DNA of 32,027 nucleotides from a virus (Duplodnaviria > Caudoviricetes), in the IMG/VR virus record IMGVR_UViG_3300009684_000013, positions 1 to 32,027 of that record; one strand, 5' to 3'. Each line of letters begins with the position of its first letter. Within the stretch, counting starts at the first letter, position 1. The notes under the pieces were generated by a model. The model was not told the origin of the DNA, did not search any database, and saw only the letters and a list, made by a program, of their open reading frames with translations. The position numbers and the translations under genes are program-made. Positions 9,876-17,079 of the stretch are shown here, piece by piece.

Positions 9876-10528
9876 TATTGTTCTTTTTGTATTCTATTAA
9901 CTTGTATAGTTATATCTCCTTCCAATGCTACTGCTAAAGCATCTAAGAAATCTTTATTTTGTAGCACCTTCAGAGCATCATCAAAATACTTTGTTGCCCT
10001 TAATCCATCTCTGTGTATTCCCCTTGCAATGGCAAATGCTAAACTTTTCTTTCCATCTATTGCTTTAGCTTCAACACCTAATTTTCTGTATTTTTTAAAT
10101 GTTACTGCCCTGCTTTTATTAAATGCTAACCAATCCTGTATAGGTTTTACAGGAATGCTTTTTTTACCTGACTTGTATGAATATGGTGTGCCTTGATTCT
10201 GTTTTTTATTCTTAGTTCCCCTTACACCCTTATTTACAAAGTCATAATACTTATCTGCCTTTGAGCCTATTGGATAACCAACTTCAAGAGTATATCCTCC
10301 AATATTATTCTGATAAACAATAGGTAAGGATAAATCAAATAGCTGACCAGAAGCAATGGCTTTAGATTTTGTTAAGTTTTCTTTAGCCTTCTCAGTAAAT
10401 TCAAATCCTATATAATAAAGGATTTTTTCAAGCAATGGAAGGGCATTTGGGTCAACACTACTATACTGCGAATTAATCAAACGATTAAATTCTGCTGCAA
10501 TTAATCCCTGTGCTTTTGCTTTATTCAT
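9875..10528 (-). CDS. Neck/tail-completion protein (HK97 gp10-like)
   Basis: Basic 217-aa protein with ASGQL, YYDFVNKGV and FAIARGIHRDGLRATKYF motifs. Confidence 0.6.
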   Translation of the reverse strand: MNKAKAQGLIAAEFNRLINSQYSSVDPNALPLLEKILYYIGFEFTEKAKENLTKSKAIASGQLFDLSLPIVYQNNIGGYTLEVGYPIGSKADKYYDFVNKGVRGTKNKKQNQGTPYSYKSGKKSIPVKPIQDWLAFNKSRAVTFKKYRKLGVEAKAIDGKKSLAFAIARGIHRDGLRATKYFDDALKVLQNKDFLDALAVALEGDITIQVNRIQKEQ

Positions 10529-10534
10529 CTAATA

Positions 10535-10561
10535 TAAATGTCCAGAAATAAGGAAAGTAAC
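10535..10561 (-). promoter_or_regulatory. Putative late promoter (GTTA-N16-ACATTTA)
   Basis: Motif copy ending 6 nt upstream of the ATG at 10528, at the head of the tail operon. Confidence 0.65.
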
Positions 10562-10563
10562 TG

Positions 10564-10591
10564 AAAAACCCCATCCAATTAAGGATAGGGG
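10564..10591 (-). terminator. Rho-independent terminator
   Basis: Minus strand reads CCCCTATCC-TTAATT-GGATGGGG-TTTTT. Confidence 0.75.
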
Positions 10592-10614
10592 AAATAATCA
10601 GTCACCTGCTGAAC

Positions 10615-10866
10615 TTACTTTTTAAAATCTCTCTCTGCTTTTAGATAGGAGAGAGTGTTAAGGTATTCTATCACTTGAAGTTCAAATGCTTCATTATATC
10701 TGATATTGTGAAAGTCGGCAACAATTTTGGAGCAATACTGCCATCCAAAATATTCAATAAATTTTGAACCTCCTTTTCTGCCTCCGAATGGCTCTTGCCC
10801 ATCTCCACTATCTTCTGTATCAAATAATCCTTTGTAATTTCCATCCAATTTCTGTATACTTGATAA
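10615..10866 (-). CDS. -1 frame extension of the tail assembly chaperone (gpGT-like C-terminus)
   Basis: The frame is open from 10890 to the stop at 10615 and has only a weak TTG start. It can be entered by a -1 slip at T TTT TTT, giving ...LSSIQKLDGNYKGLF...FIEYFGWQY...YLNTLSYLK. Confidence 0.7.
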   Translation of the reverse strand, partial: LSSIQKLDGNYKGLFDTEDSGDGQEPFGGRKGGSKFIEYFGWQYCSKIVADFHNIRYNEAFELQVIEYLNTLSYLKAERDFKK

Positions 10867-11336
10867 AAAAAAACAATGGAATGATAGACATCAACAAACC
10901 TTGCTTCAAGTAAATCTGTTGCATATTCTTCGTGTCTGGATGCATCATACTTATCCTCTCTCCAACCAAAGATGGTTTTACGCATAGGGATTACCATTGA
11001 TGCTGCCAACTTGTGAAGATTTGTCACGAGTTCAACAGAAAATACCTTGCTTTCAATGTACCTACCAGAAGGTAACTTCCTGACATCATAAACGCATTTA
11101 TACCTCTTGCTATTTACTTTTATGTACTTTACAGGTTTACCTTCAATAGGTTCACTTAGGAAGCCTATTTTAGCTTTCTCATTAGCATATTCTTCAACAG
11201 ATAGGGAATCCACTTGATTCTCTGTCCATCCGTTTAAAATGGCTATTAAACGCATATTCTGGTCAGTAGCATCTTCTATCCCCAAAGCAGGTACTAATTG
11301 CTGATATTGAAAAACATTAATCTTATCCCAAGACAT
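10671..11336 (-). CDS. Probable tail assembly chaperone (gpG-like)
   Basis: 221 aa, with a T9 slippery run at the VFF codons (10865-10873) and an overlapping -1 ORF. Confidence 0.65.
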   Translation of the reverse strand: MSWDKINVFQYQQLVPALGIEDATDQNMRLIAILNGWTENQVDSLSVEEYANEKAKIGFLSEPIEGKPVKYIKVNSKRYKCVYDVRKLPSGRYIESKVFSVELVTNLHKLAASMVIPMRKTIFGWREDKYDASRHEEYATDLLEARFVDVYHSIVFFYQVYRNWMEITKDYLIQKIVEMGKSHSEAEKEVQNLLNILDGSIAPKLLPTFTISDIMKHLNFK

Positions 11337-11538
11337 TGTCAGTAGTTTGGTCAGTTACTTGAAGTTTTACATTCTTGCCCATTGCATTAAACAATTTGTT
11401 AATTACGTTTAATCTTGGGTTTGAGCCTCCTTCAATCCTGTTAATAGTTACAAAAGAGATTTTAGATTTCTCTTGCAACTGCTTCTGTGTTAGATTCAAT
11501 GATTTCCTTGTTTCCTTTAATTGTGTTCCGATGTTCAT
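11323..11538 (-). CDS. XRE-family helix-turn-helix regulator
   Basis: LKETRKSLNLTQKQLQEKSKISFVTINRIEGGSNPRL matches the HTH_3/Cro-C1 pattern. Confidence 0.85.
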   Translation of the reverse strand: MNIGTQLKETRKSLNLTQKQLQEKSKISFVTINRIEGGSNPRLNVINKLFNAMGKNVKLQVTDQTTDNVLG

Positions 11539-11540
11539 AT

Positions 11541-11705
11541 TTATTGTGTATTGATTTCTTCGTTAATTTCTTTAATGCGTTTCTCCAGATATTCAGCAAG
11601 TTCATTGCCTGAAAATAAAGTTTTCCCTTTTAAAGCATCAATAGCAAATAATAACATTGCTTCATAACTTCCTAATAGCTTAGCGTGTTTTGTGTAGATA
11701 TCCAT
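11541..11705 (-). CDS. Hypothetical protein (54 aa; start revised to ATG 11705)
   Basis: The ORF-track TTG start falls inside the promoter -7 element, so ATG 11705 is more plausible. Confidence 0.55.
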   Translation of the reverse strand: MDIYTKHAKLLGSYEAMLLFAIDALKGKTLFSGNELAEYLEKRIKEINEEINTQ

Positions 11706-11720
11706 AGTTGTAGGTTTTAG

Positions 11721-11728
11721 CAAATATA
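11721..11728 (-). promoter_or_regulatory. Bacteroidota housekeeping-sigma -7 element (TATATTTG)
   Basis: Matches TAnnTTTG in an intergenic position, followed by an AAAACC leader like the other copies. Confidence 0.6.
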
Positions 11729-11732
11729 ATCT

Positions 11733-12008
11733 TTATTTTAATAATGTCTTAAAGTTTTTGAATGTTTTTTCTACCTGAGTAACCTTATGTTTTATCCCTT
11801 TTTTATGTAGAATCTCAGTTACCATAAGAATATCATTCTCCGTGTGCAGGATTGTTTCGTTTGGACTTCTGGTGTACATTATTATAGGGTCTTTAAATGG
11901 ACTGACTATCCCTACCCACATAGGAACTACTCTTGTAATCATTTTCTTTACTCCGTTAATCTGCTTACTTATTAGGCAGTACTTTTCTGTTTGGATTGCG
12001 TATATCAT
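11733..12008 (-). CDS. Hypothetical protein
   Basis: 91-aa ORF coupled to the upstream gene by an ATGA overlap. Confidence 0.55.
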   Translation of the reverse strand: MIYAIQTEKYCLISKQINGVKKMITRVVPMWVGIVSPFKDPIIMYTRSPNETILHTENDILMVTEILHKKGIKHKVTQVEKTFKNFKTLLK

Positions 12009-12211
12009 TTTATTTTAGTTTTATCTGGATTCTCTCCTTTGTCATTGAATTTAACATATTCGTACAGGCTTAATATCTTATCAAAGTCAGATGCATCATA
12101 CCACATACCATCGTGCATAAACATCTTTGATTCTCCTGTAATCTTCCAATGTGCATTCTTGCGTTCAGCATTGCGATTAATGTACTCGCTGATTTTGTGT
12201 GTTGTTTTCAT
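12005..12211 (-). CDS. Hypothetical protein
   Basis: 68-aa ORF in a translationally coupled chain. Confidence 0.6.
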   Translation of the reverse strand: MKTTHKISEYINRNAERKNAHWKITGESKMFMHDGMWYDASDFDKILSLYEYVKFNDKGENPDKTKIK

Positions 12212-12393
12212 TGTTTGAAAGTTTGGTTAAAATATTCTTTACCAATTCTGTGTTCATCATTAGTTCCTAAATCGAATGCTTCTGTTATCTGCTCCTTCTC
12301 CATTTCTTTTGCTTTTGCTATATCTTCTAAAGATAAATACCCTTGCCTATGATGGTATCTTAATGCTAACCATTCTACTGCTGTTTGTTCCAT
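12208..12393 (-). CDS. Small phage protein with an N-terminal QTAVEWL motif
   Basis: MEQTAVEWL...AKEMEKEQI...YFNQTF, a pattern recurrent in Bacteroidota phages; function unknown. Confidence 0.7.
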   Translation of the reverse strand: MEQTAVEWLALRYHHRQGYLSLEDIAKAKEMEKEQITEAFDLGTNDEHRIGKEYFNQTFKQ

Positions 12394-12398
12394 AATTA

Positions 12399-12497
12399 TT
12401 AATTAAATAGGTTATCTGCTAAGCAGAATAAAATTACCAATACTAATGCTGCAATTATAACTTGCTTCTGTGTTGCGTTCTCAATTAACTTTTCCAT
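12399..12497 (-). CDS. 32-aa single-TM peptide (not in ORF track)
   Basis: MEKLIENATQKQVIIAALVLVILFCLADNLFN; the start overlaps the upstream stop (TAATG). Confidence 0.55.
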   Translation of the reverse strand: MEKLIENATQKQVIIAALVLVILFCLADNLFN

Positions 12498-12667
12498 TAG
12501 ATGTATTTTTTAAAGTTTGGTGAATTATCAAAACAGGCATCACAGATAACTACTTCTGTTGCCTCATCTACTATAATTGCATACGATTGTCCACAATCAC
12601 ATTTACAATTTTTAGTTTGACCTTCAATGATTTCTGCTTGTTCAGTTGTTGCGTAAAATGTGTTCAT
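12497..12667 (-). CDS. 56-aa Cys-rich putative Zn-binding protein (not in ORF track)
   Basis: MNTFYATTEQAEIIEGQTKNCKCDCGQSYAIIVDEATEVVICDACFDNSPNFKKYI; first gene after an early promoter. Confidence 0.6.
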   Translation of the reverse strand: MNTFYATTEQAEIIEGQTKNCKCDCGQSYAIIVDEATEVVICDACFDNSPNFKKYI

Positions 12668-12681
12668 TTGATTTTGTTTTA

Positions 12682-12747
12682 TTGGTTTTGTTACACAAAG
12701 ATAAACCTTTTGTTAATACAAAAATCAATTTCCTAAACTTTTTTTTA
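12682..12747 (-). repeat. 66-bp promoter-containing direct repeat, copy 1 (TATCTTTG at 12696-12703)
   Basis: 62/66 identical to 13194-13259 by manual alignment. Confidence 0.9.
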
Positions 12748-13188
12748 AATTATACCTTCATTTGCTAATGATAAATAACCTTCATTAGTAATTATAAAAT
12801 GGTCTAGTAAATTGACATCTAAAAAAGAACAAGCATTTTTTATCTTTTTAGTTATTTCTATATCTGCATTACTTGCTTTTAAATTACCTGAAGGATGATT
12901 GTGTGCTAAAATTATACTTGATGCTGCACTTTGTAATGCTATTGTCATTATTACTTTCGGGTCGCATATAACACCTGAAAATCCACCACTTGCAACCTTA
13001 TGATAACCAATAACTTGATTAGCTCTATTTAAACATATCATAACCATTTCTTCTGTCCATAATATAGTATCACTATCAAATATTTTTTTTAATATCAATT
13101 CTACTTCTTCTGGAGTTTTTATTATTATTTTATCACCTTTTGATACAGTAACTTTAATTTTGATTTTTGGTAATTTTAACTTTTTCAT
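12745..13188 (-). CDS. radC: RadC-like JAB/MPN-domain protein
   Basis: EEMVMICLNRANQVIG...ILAHNHPSGNLKASNAD...LLDHFII, the canonical RadC HxHPSG-x(4)-S-xx-D motif. Confidence 0.9.
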   Translation of the reverse strand: MKKLKLPKIKIKVTVSKGDKIIIKTPEEVELILKKIFDSDTILWTEEMVMICLNRANQVIGYHKVASGGFSGVICDPKVIMTIALQSAASSIILAHNHPSGNLKASNADIEITKKIKNACSFLDVNLLDHFIITNEGYLSLANEGII

Positions 13189-13193
13189 TTTGT

Positions 13194-13259
13194 TTGGTTT
13201 TGTTATACAAATATAAACCTTTTTTTAATACAAAAATCAATTTACTAAACTTTTTTTTA
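13194..13259 (-). repeat. 66-bp promoter-containing direct repeat, copy 2 (TATATTTG at 13208-13215)
   Basis: 62/66 identical to 12682-12747, offset 512 bp. Confidence 0.9.
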
Positions 13260-13287
13260 TTTATTTTTTTGCTAAAGAATTTAGCTA

Positions 13288-13321
13288 AATGTCAAGTAAA
13301 TGGAGCAGAAAACTTGACATT
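13288..13321. repeat. Inverted repeat AATGTCAAGT-N14-ACTTGACATT containing a 30-bp 11-8-11 site
   Basis: Perfect 10-bp arms immediately after the terL stop; related to 23519-23548. Confidence 0.7.
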
Positions 13322-14468
13322 ATAGGAATGAATATCTACCTGAGCCTGTATTTTGACTCAAATTCTGATAGGCTAAAGCTAAAGCCATTACGCAGTCATC
13401 GTGAAATCCTGAAGGTGCAGAATACTTAACCCCAGTGGCTGAATATTGATATTCAAAGACTTCCAACTCTTTAACGATATGCCCCTCTGGATATCCTATC
13501 TTCCTGCTCTGAATGGCAGTTTGTAGTCCTAACATTAATTGTTGCTTACTTACCTGTGTAAACTTTAATCCCATAATATGCCTACCCTCCCTTTGTAAGT
13601 CCTCAACAATAGGGTCTCCAACCCCTGTTGAATCTATCAGCATAGGTTTTTTTGGCAGTTGCAGAATAGCTTGTTTCGTACTATTCCAATCCATTTGAAA
13701 TCTGTCAAAATAGGCTACATAGCCATAAGAATCTAATCCTATAATAGCAGTAAAGTCAAAAGACTTAGCAAGGTCTATTCCAAAACATACAGGCTCTCTA
13801 TTAGATAAAGGTTCAATACATTTACGAATAAAAGCAGAGCCAAAAGGGTTCGCTGCGTTTTCCATAGGATTTGCCATATATTCCTGTTCAAAGACTGCCT
13901 CTGGAAGTTGCGTTCTTGCCTCGTCTATCTCTGACTTGTCCATATATGGGTTATCGTATGTAGTAAACTTAAATGATTCCCAACCTTGCTCATCTTTCAT
14001 AAATAGGGAATAAAAGTAATTCTTACCTCTGGGAGTGGATAGGAACAAAGCCCTGCCTTTATAGTCCGTTAAAGTAGGTCTGATAGAATTTAGCCAACCC
14101 TGTTCAAGGTCGGGAATAAATGATGCCTCATCCACAATAACCCAATGGAACTTGCGACCTCTTAAGTTATCCAATCTTTCCCCTGTAAAGAATTCAACTG
14201 AGCCACCATTCGGAAAAGATAACTTTAAATCAGATTTGTTATTTAAAAAAGGGAGTGCGTGAATTAACCTATTAAAGAATACTTTAGCAAGTGAATATGT
14301 TGGTGTGATGTAAGCAATCTGTTTTCCCTGTACTGCTTCGGTTATTATCTTTATCTGTGATAGTTCAGATTTACCAAACCTTCGCCCACACATAACCACA
14401 ATAAACCTTGCTTCTGATTCAAGTATTCTGTCTTGGTTGAAATGTGCTTCAGGTACTTCAATTATCAT
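13320..14468 (-). CDS. terL: Terminase large subunit
   Basis: Walker A CGRRFGKS, Walker B VIVDEA, coupling motif LSTPRG, and RNase-H-like GIDLA...D...HDDCVMALA. Confidence 0.95.
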   Translation of the reverse strand: MIIEVPEAHFNQDRILESEARFIVVMCGRRFGKSELSQIKIITEAVQGKQIAYITPTYSLAKVFFNRLIHALPFLNNKSDLKLSFPNGGSVEFFTGERLDNLRGRKFHWVIVDEASFIPDLEQGWLNSIRPTLTDYKGRALFLSTPRGKNYFYSLFMKDEQGWESFKFTTYDNPYMDKSEIDEARTQLPEAVFEQEYMANPMENAANPFGSAFIRKCIEPLSNREPVCFGIDLAKSFDFTAIIGLDSYGYVAYFDRFQMDWNSTKQAILQLPKKPMLIDSTGVGDPIVEDLQREGRHIMGLKFTQVSKQQLMLGLQTAIQSRKIGYPEGHIVKELEVFEYQYSATGVKYSAPSGFHDDCVMALALAYQNLSQNTGSGRYSFL

Positions 14469-14824
14469 AATATGGTCTTGCCCTTGACGAATACAACCTC
14501 TATCTTATTATCGCTTGTAATATCCATCTGTTCTTTAGGCTTTCCGTAAACCCTTGTTAAAAGTGTTTCAAGGCTATATAAAGAGCCTTTGCTTAAACTC
14601 TTACGCATAGCATTGGCTATTGTTTTCTCCAAAATGGTAGCCTTTGGATTATCAAATACGGATTTCAGTTCATCTAAGTCCATTGCCATCATTACCTGTA
14701 TAGTATCGTTTATTTCAGATAGTTTATATCCTGCATCCTTTAATAAGCTAACATATTTTTTTGGTCTGCCTGCTGGATTACCACTTTGACCTTTTACAAA
14801 TGGAATTAAATCTTCTTTTGCCAT
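14465..14824 (-). CDS. terS: Terminase small subunit (DUF5681-like N-terminus)
   Basis: PFVKGQSGNPAGRPK...RVYGKPKE; translationally coupled to terL. Confidence 0.8.
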   Translation of the reverse strand: MAKEDLIPFVKGQSGNPAGRPKKYVSLLKDAGYKLSEINDTIQVMMAMDLDELKSVFDNPKATILEKTIANAMRKSLSKGSLYSLETLLTRVYGKPKEQMDITSDNKIEVVFVKGKTIL

Positions 14825-14825
14825 A

Positions 14826-15605
14826 TTAATCTAAACCTTTGAATGCTTTTAATGGATAAAATATTAATGAATTCCTATAACCGCCATCATAAGTTGGTAT
14901 TATGGGTGTTACTGCGTGCATATTCCTCCAAGCAGGATAAACCAAAATAGAATTATCTTTTTGTCCTATTGTTGCATTATAATCAGGTATATGTAAATCA
15001 CCACCCTTTGAATTTAACCTTTTGCATATAATTACATTTACACAATTTTGAATATTACCATTATCTCTATGAAATGGAGCTGATATATTAAAATTTGAGA
15101 TAGAACTTGTAAATAATTTACCAAATCTCCATTTATCTTTAACATCACTAAACATTTCTATTTGTTTTTGATATTGTGATGGCAATATTTTATTTATTAA
15201 TTGTTCACTTTCTTTAGCTAATAGCATCATTGCTTTTATATAAGTTTGAGCAGATTTTACTGAATGCACCGAACTATAATTTGCATATGCTCTTTTCATA
15301 TGAGGTTTCGGTGCTATACTTCCTATTATAGTAGAATATTGGCTAATCCATTTCAAACCTTTTTGTTTTGCTTGTTCTTCAGTTCCCCTATTCATTTTTG
15401 ATTTAGGAACTCTATCGCTCAGGAATTCATTATTTGCCAAATCCGCAAGTTTGCACATTTTATCAGGCATTTTATTTAAATAAAAACCTATTGGCTCTTC
15501 ATCAGCATAAAATATACAATCCTCGAATATGTTAGCATCAATATATTCGCATTCTTCGCCGATTTTTCTATTGTGTTGTATTGTATTTAAATCTATTTTT
15601 TTCAT
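14826..15605 (-). CDS. TET/JBP-family Fe(II)/2-oxoglutarate dioxygenase (start revised to ATG 15605)
   Basis: FTSSISNFNISAPFHRDNGN (HxD), GGDLHIP, WRNMHAVTPI (distal His) and YRNSLIFY (2OG-binding Arg); ATGA overlap with the upstream GT stop. Confidence 0.8.
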   Translation of the reverse strand: MKKIDLNTIQHNRKIGEECEYIDANIFEDCIFYADEEPIGFYLNKMPDKMCKLADLANNEFLSDRVPKSKMNRGTEEQAKQKGLKWISQYSTIIGSIAPKPHMKRAYANYSSVHSVKSAQTYIKAMMLLAKESEQLINKILPSQYQKQIEMFSDVKDKWRFGKLFTSSISNFNISAPFHRDNGNIQNCVNVIICKRLNSKGGDLHIPDYNATIGQKDNSILVYPAWRNMHAVTPIIPTYDGGYRNSLIFYPLKAFKGLD

Positions 15606-16504
15606 ATAATTAAAGATTTCCATTTTTGATTTTCTTCTTCCGAAGGTATTAAAGATGAACTAATTGATGGTAATGTTATGGCTGAAACCAATTCACTTTC
15701 ATTTTTAACAGCATAACAATTAACACCATGAATATATAAACTATTTTTTACATTAGTCCAATTTGAATGTAAAATTAATGTACAATTATGATATTCAGCT
15801 TCTAAAAAAGTATATTGTGTACCACCTCCATCTTTATTAATAGTAGACATATCTACTAAAAATTTAGTTTCTGCATATAATCTACTAATATCTTGCAAAT
15901 TTTTTGAATAATATCCTTTATAATATTTATCAAAATTCAATTGCTTCAATTTATGAAAATAATAAATATGATTTTTATATCCAAATATTTGTATATCTGC
16001 ACCTAAATTGTTGGCTTTACATATCAAATCTATATTTTTATCAAAATCAACTCTAGAAAGTGACCTATTATATTTTTTTTGTAAATCATATTTAGGATAT
16101 TTATAAAAAGGATGTTTTAAGAAAGTATTTTCAATTCCAATTTTATTTAATAATATATGGACGGTTTCCCTTATAGTTATAACTCTATTATTTTTTGCGA
16201 ATTTTATAACCTCTTTTGATAATTCTGTAGGGTCATGTATAATTATTACTGAATTTTTAAAATTTTGTAACAAACTATAATGTGCTTTATCTATTGCTAC
16301 AATTATAGCATTATTAAAATGTTTTATAGCCTCTTTTTTGATATTTTTATATATAATATCTGCATAAAATTGACCACCACCTTTGAAAGTTTCTTTTATT
16401 TTTATTACATAATTATAGTTCAGAATTTTACATAAATGATATGAAAAAGAAACCCATCCGCCATATTGTGAATTTGATAGATAAAATACTTGATTATTAT
16501 ACAT
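15602..16504 (-). CDS. GT-B fold glycosyltransferase associated with TET/JBP (start revised to ATG 16504)
   Basis: YGGWVSF N-terminus, IIIHDPTE, SRVDFDKNIDLICKAN and DMSTINKDGGGTQYTFLEA (nucleotide-sugar-binding E motif); TAATG overlap with the ParB stop. Confidence 0.75.
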   Translation of the reverse strand: MYNNQVFYLSNSQYGGWVSFSYHLCKILNYNYVIKIKETFKGGGQFYADIIYKNIKKEAIKHFNNAIIVAIDKAHYSLLQNFKNSVIIIHDPTELSKEVIKFAKNNRVITIRETVHILLNKIGIENTFLKHPFYKYPKYDLQKKYNRSLSRVDFDKNIDLICKANNLGADIQIFGYKNHIYYFHKLKQLNFDKYYKGYYSKNLQDISRLYAETKFLVDMSTINKDGGGTQYTFLEAEYHNCTLILHSNWTNVKNSLYIHGVNCYAVKNESELVSAITLPSISSSLIPSEEENQKWKSLII

Positions 16505-17079
16505 TATATTTTTTCTTTTTCTGCTTTTAAATATTCCATAATCATTCCACCTACATAAGCCTTTTGGTCTCTCCAAAATTTTACCAACTCAAATGCTTCA
16601 TCATAATGCTCTGCTTCAAATTCTATTTGTATGGCTTTTTTTACACCATTAGACAAGTCATTTAACTCATTCGATAAATCCACTTCATCTAATATAGAAT
16701 AATCAACATCTGTTTTAAATTCTGGAACATTTAAACCCCAATCATTTAATTCTTCATTATCCCATTGGTTAGCAATATTTTCCCAATCCCACTCTCCATA
16801 CCCAACATTATCTTTTATGATAAATTCCTTCTGTTGTTGTTCTGTTAGTGAACTTGCCTTTATAATTGGTATTTCTTTTAAACCTGCCTCTTTACAAGCA
16901 TTTAAACGCATATTACCACCCAATACAACCATGTCATCATTTACTACAATAGGTCTTAATTTTAGCATCTCTGGGAACTCCTGAATGGATTTTACAAGTT
17001 GCTTAAACTTGTCATCTTTAATAATTCTTGGATTGTTAGGATTAGCTTTTATTTCATTAATCTTAGTTTCAATTATCAT
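16504..17079 (-). CDS. ParB/Srx-like N-terminal domain protein (start revised to ATG 17079)
   Basis: IKANPNNPRIIKD...LRPIVVNDDMVVLGGNMRLNA...FIIKDNVGYGEWD, the type of phage ParB found upstream of terminases. Confidence 0.85.
   Translation of the reverse strand: MIIETKINEIKANPNNPRIIKDDKFKQLVKSIQEFPEMLKLRPIVVNDDMVVLGGNMRLNACKEAGLKEIPIIKASSLTEQQQKEFIIKDNVGYGEWDWENIANQWDNEELNDWGLNVPEFKTDVDYSILDEVDLSNELNDLSNGVKKAIQIEFEAEHYDEAFELVKFWRDQKAYVGGMIMEYLKAEKEKI

Noticed and set aside
12708-12723. Palindrome TTTTGT-TAAT-ACAAAA in the early promoter as an XRE operator
   Set aside because: It is AT-rich, low-complexity and imperfect in the second repeat copy, so it cannot be distinguished from chance.
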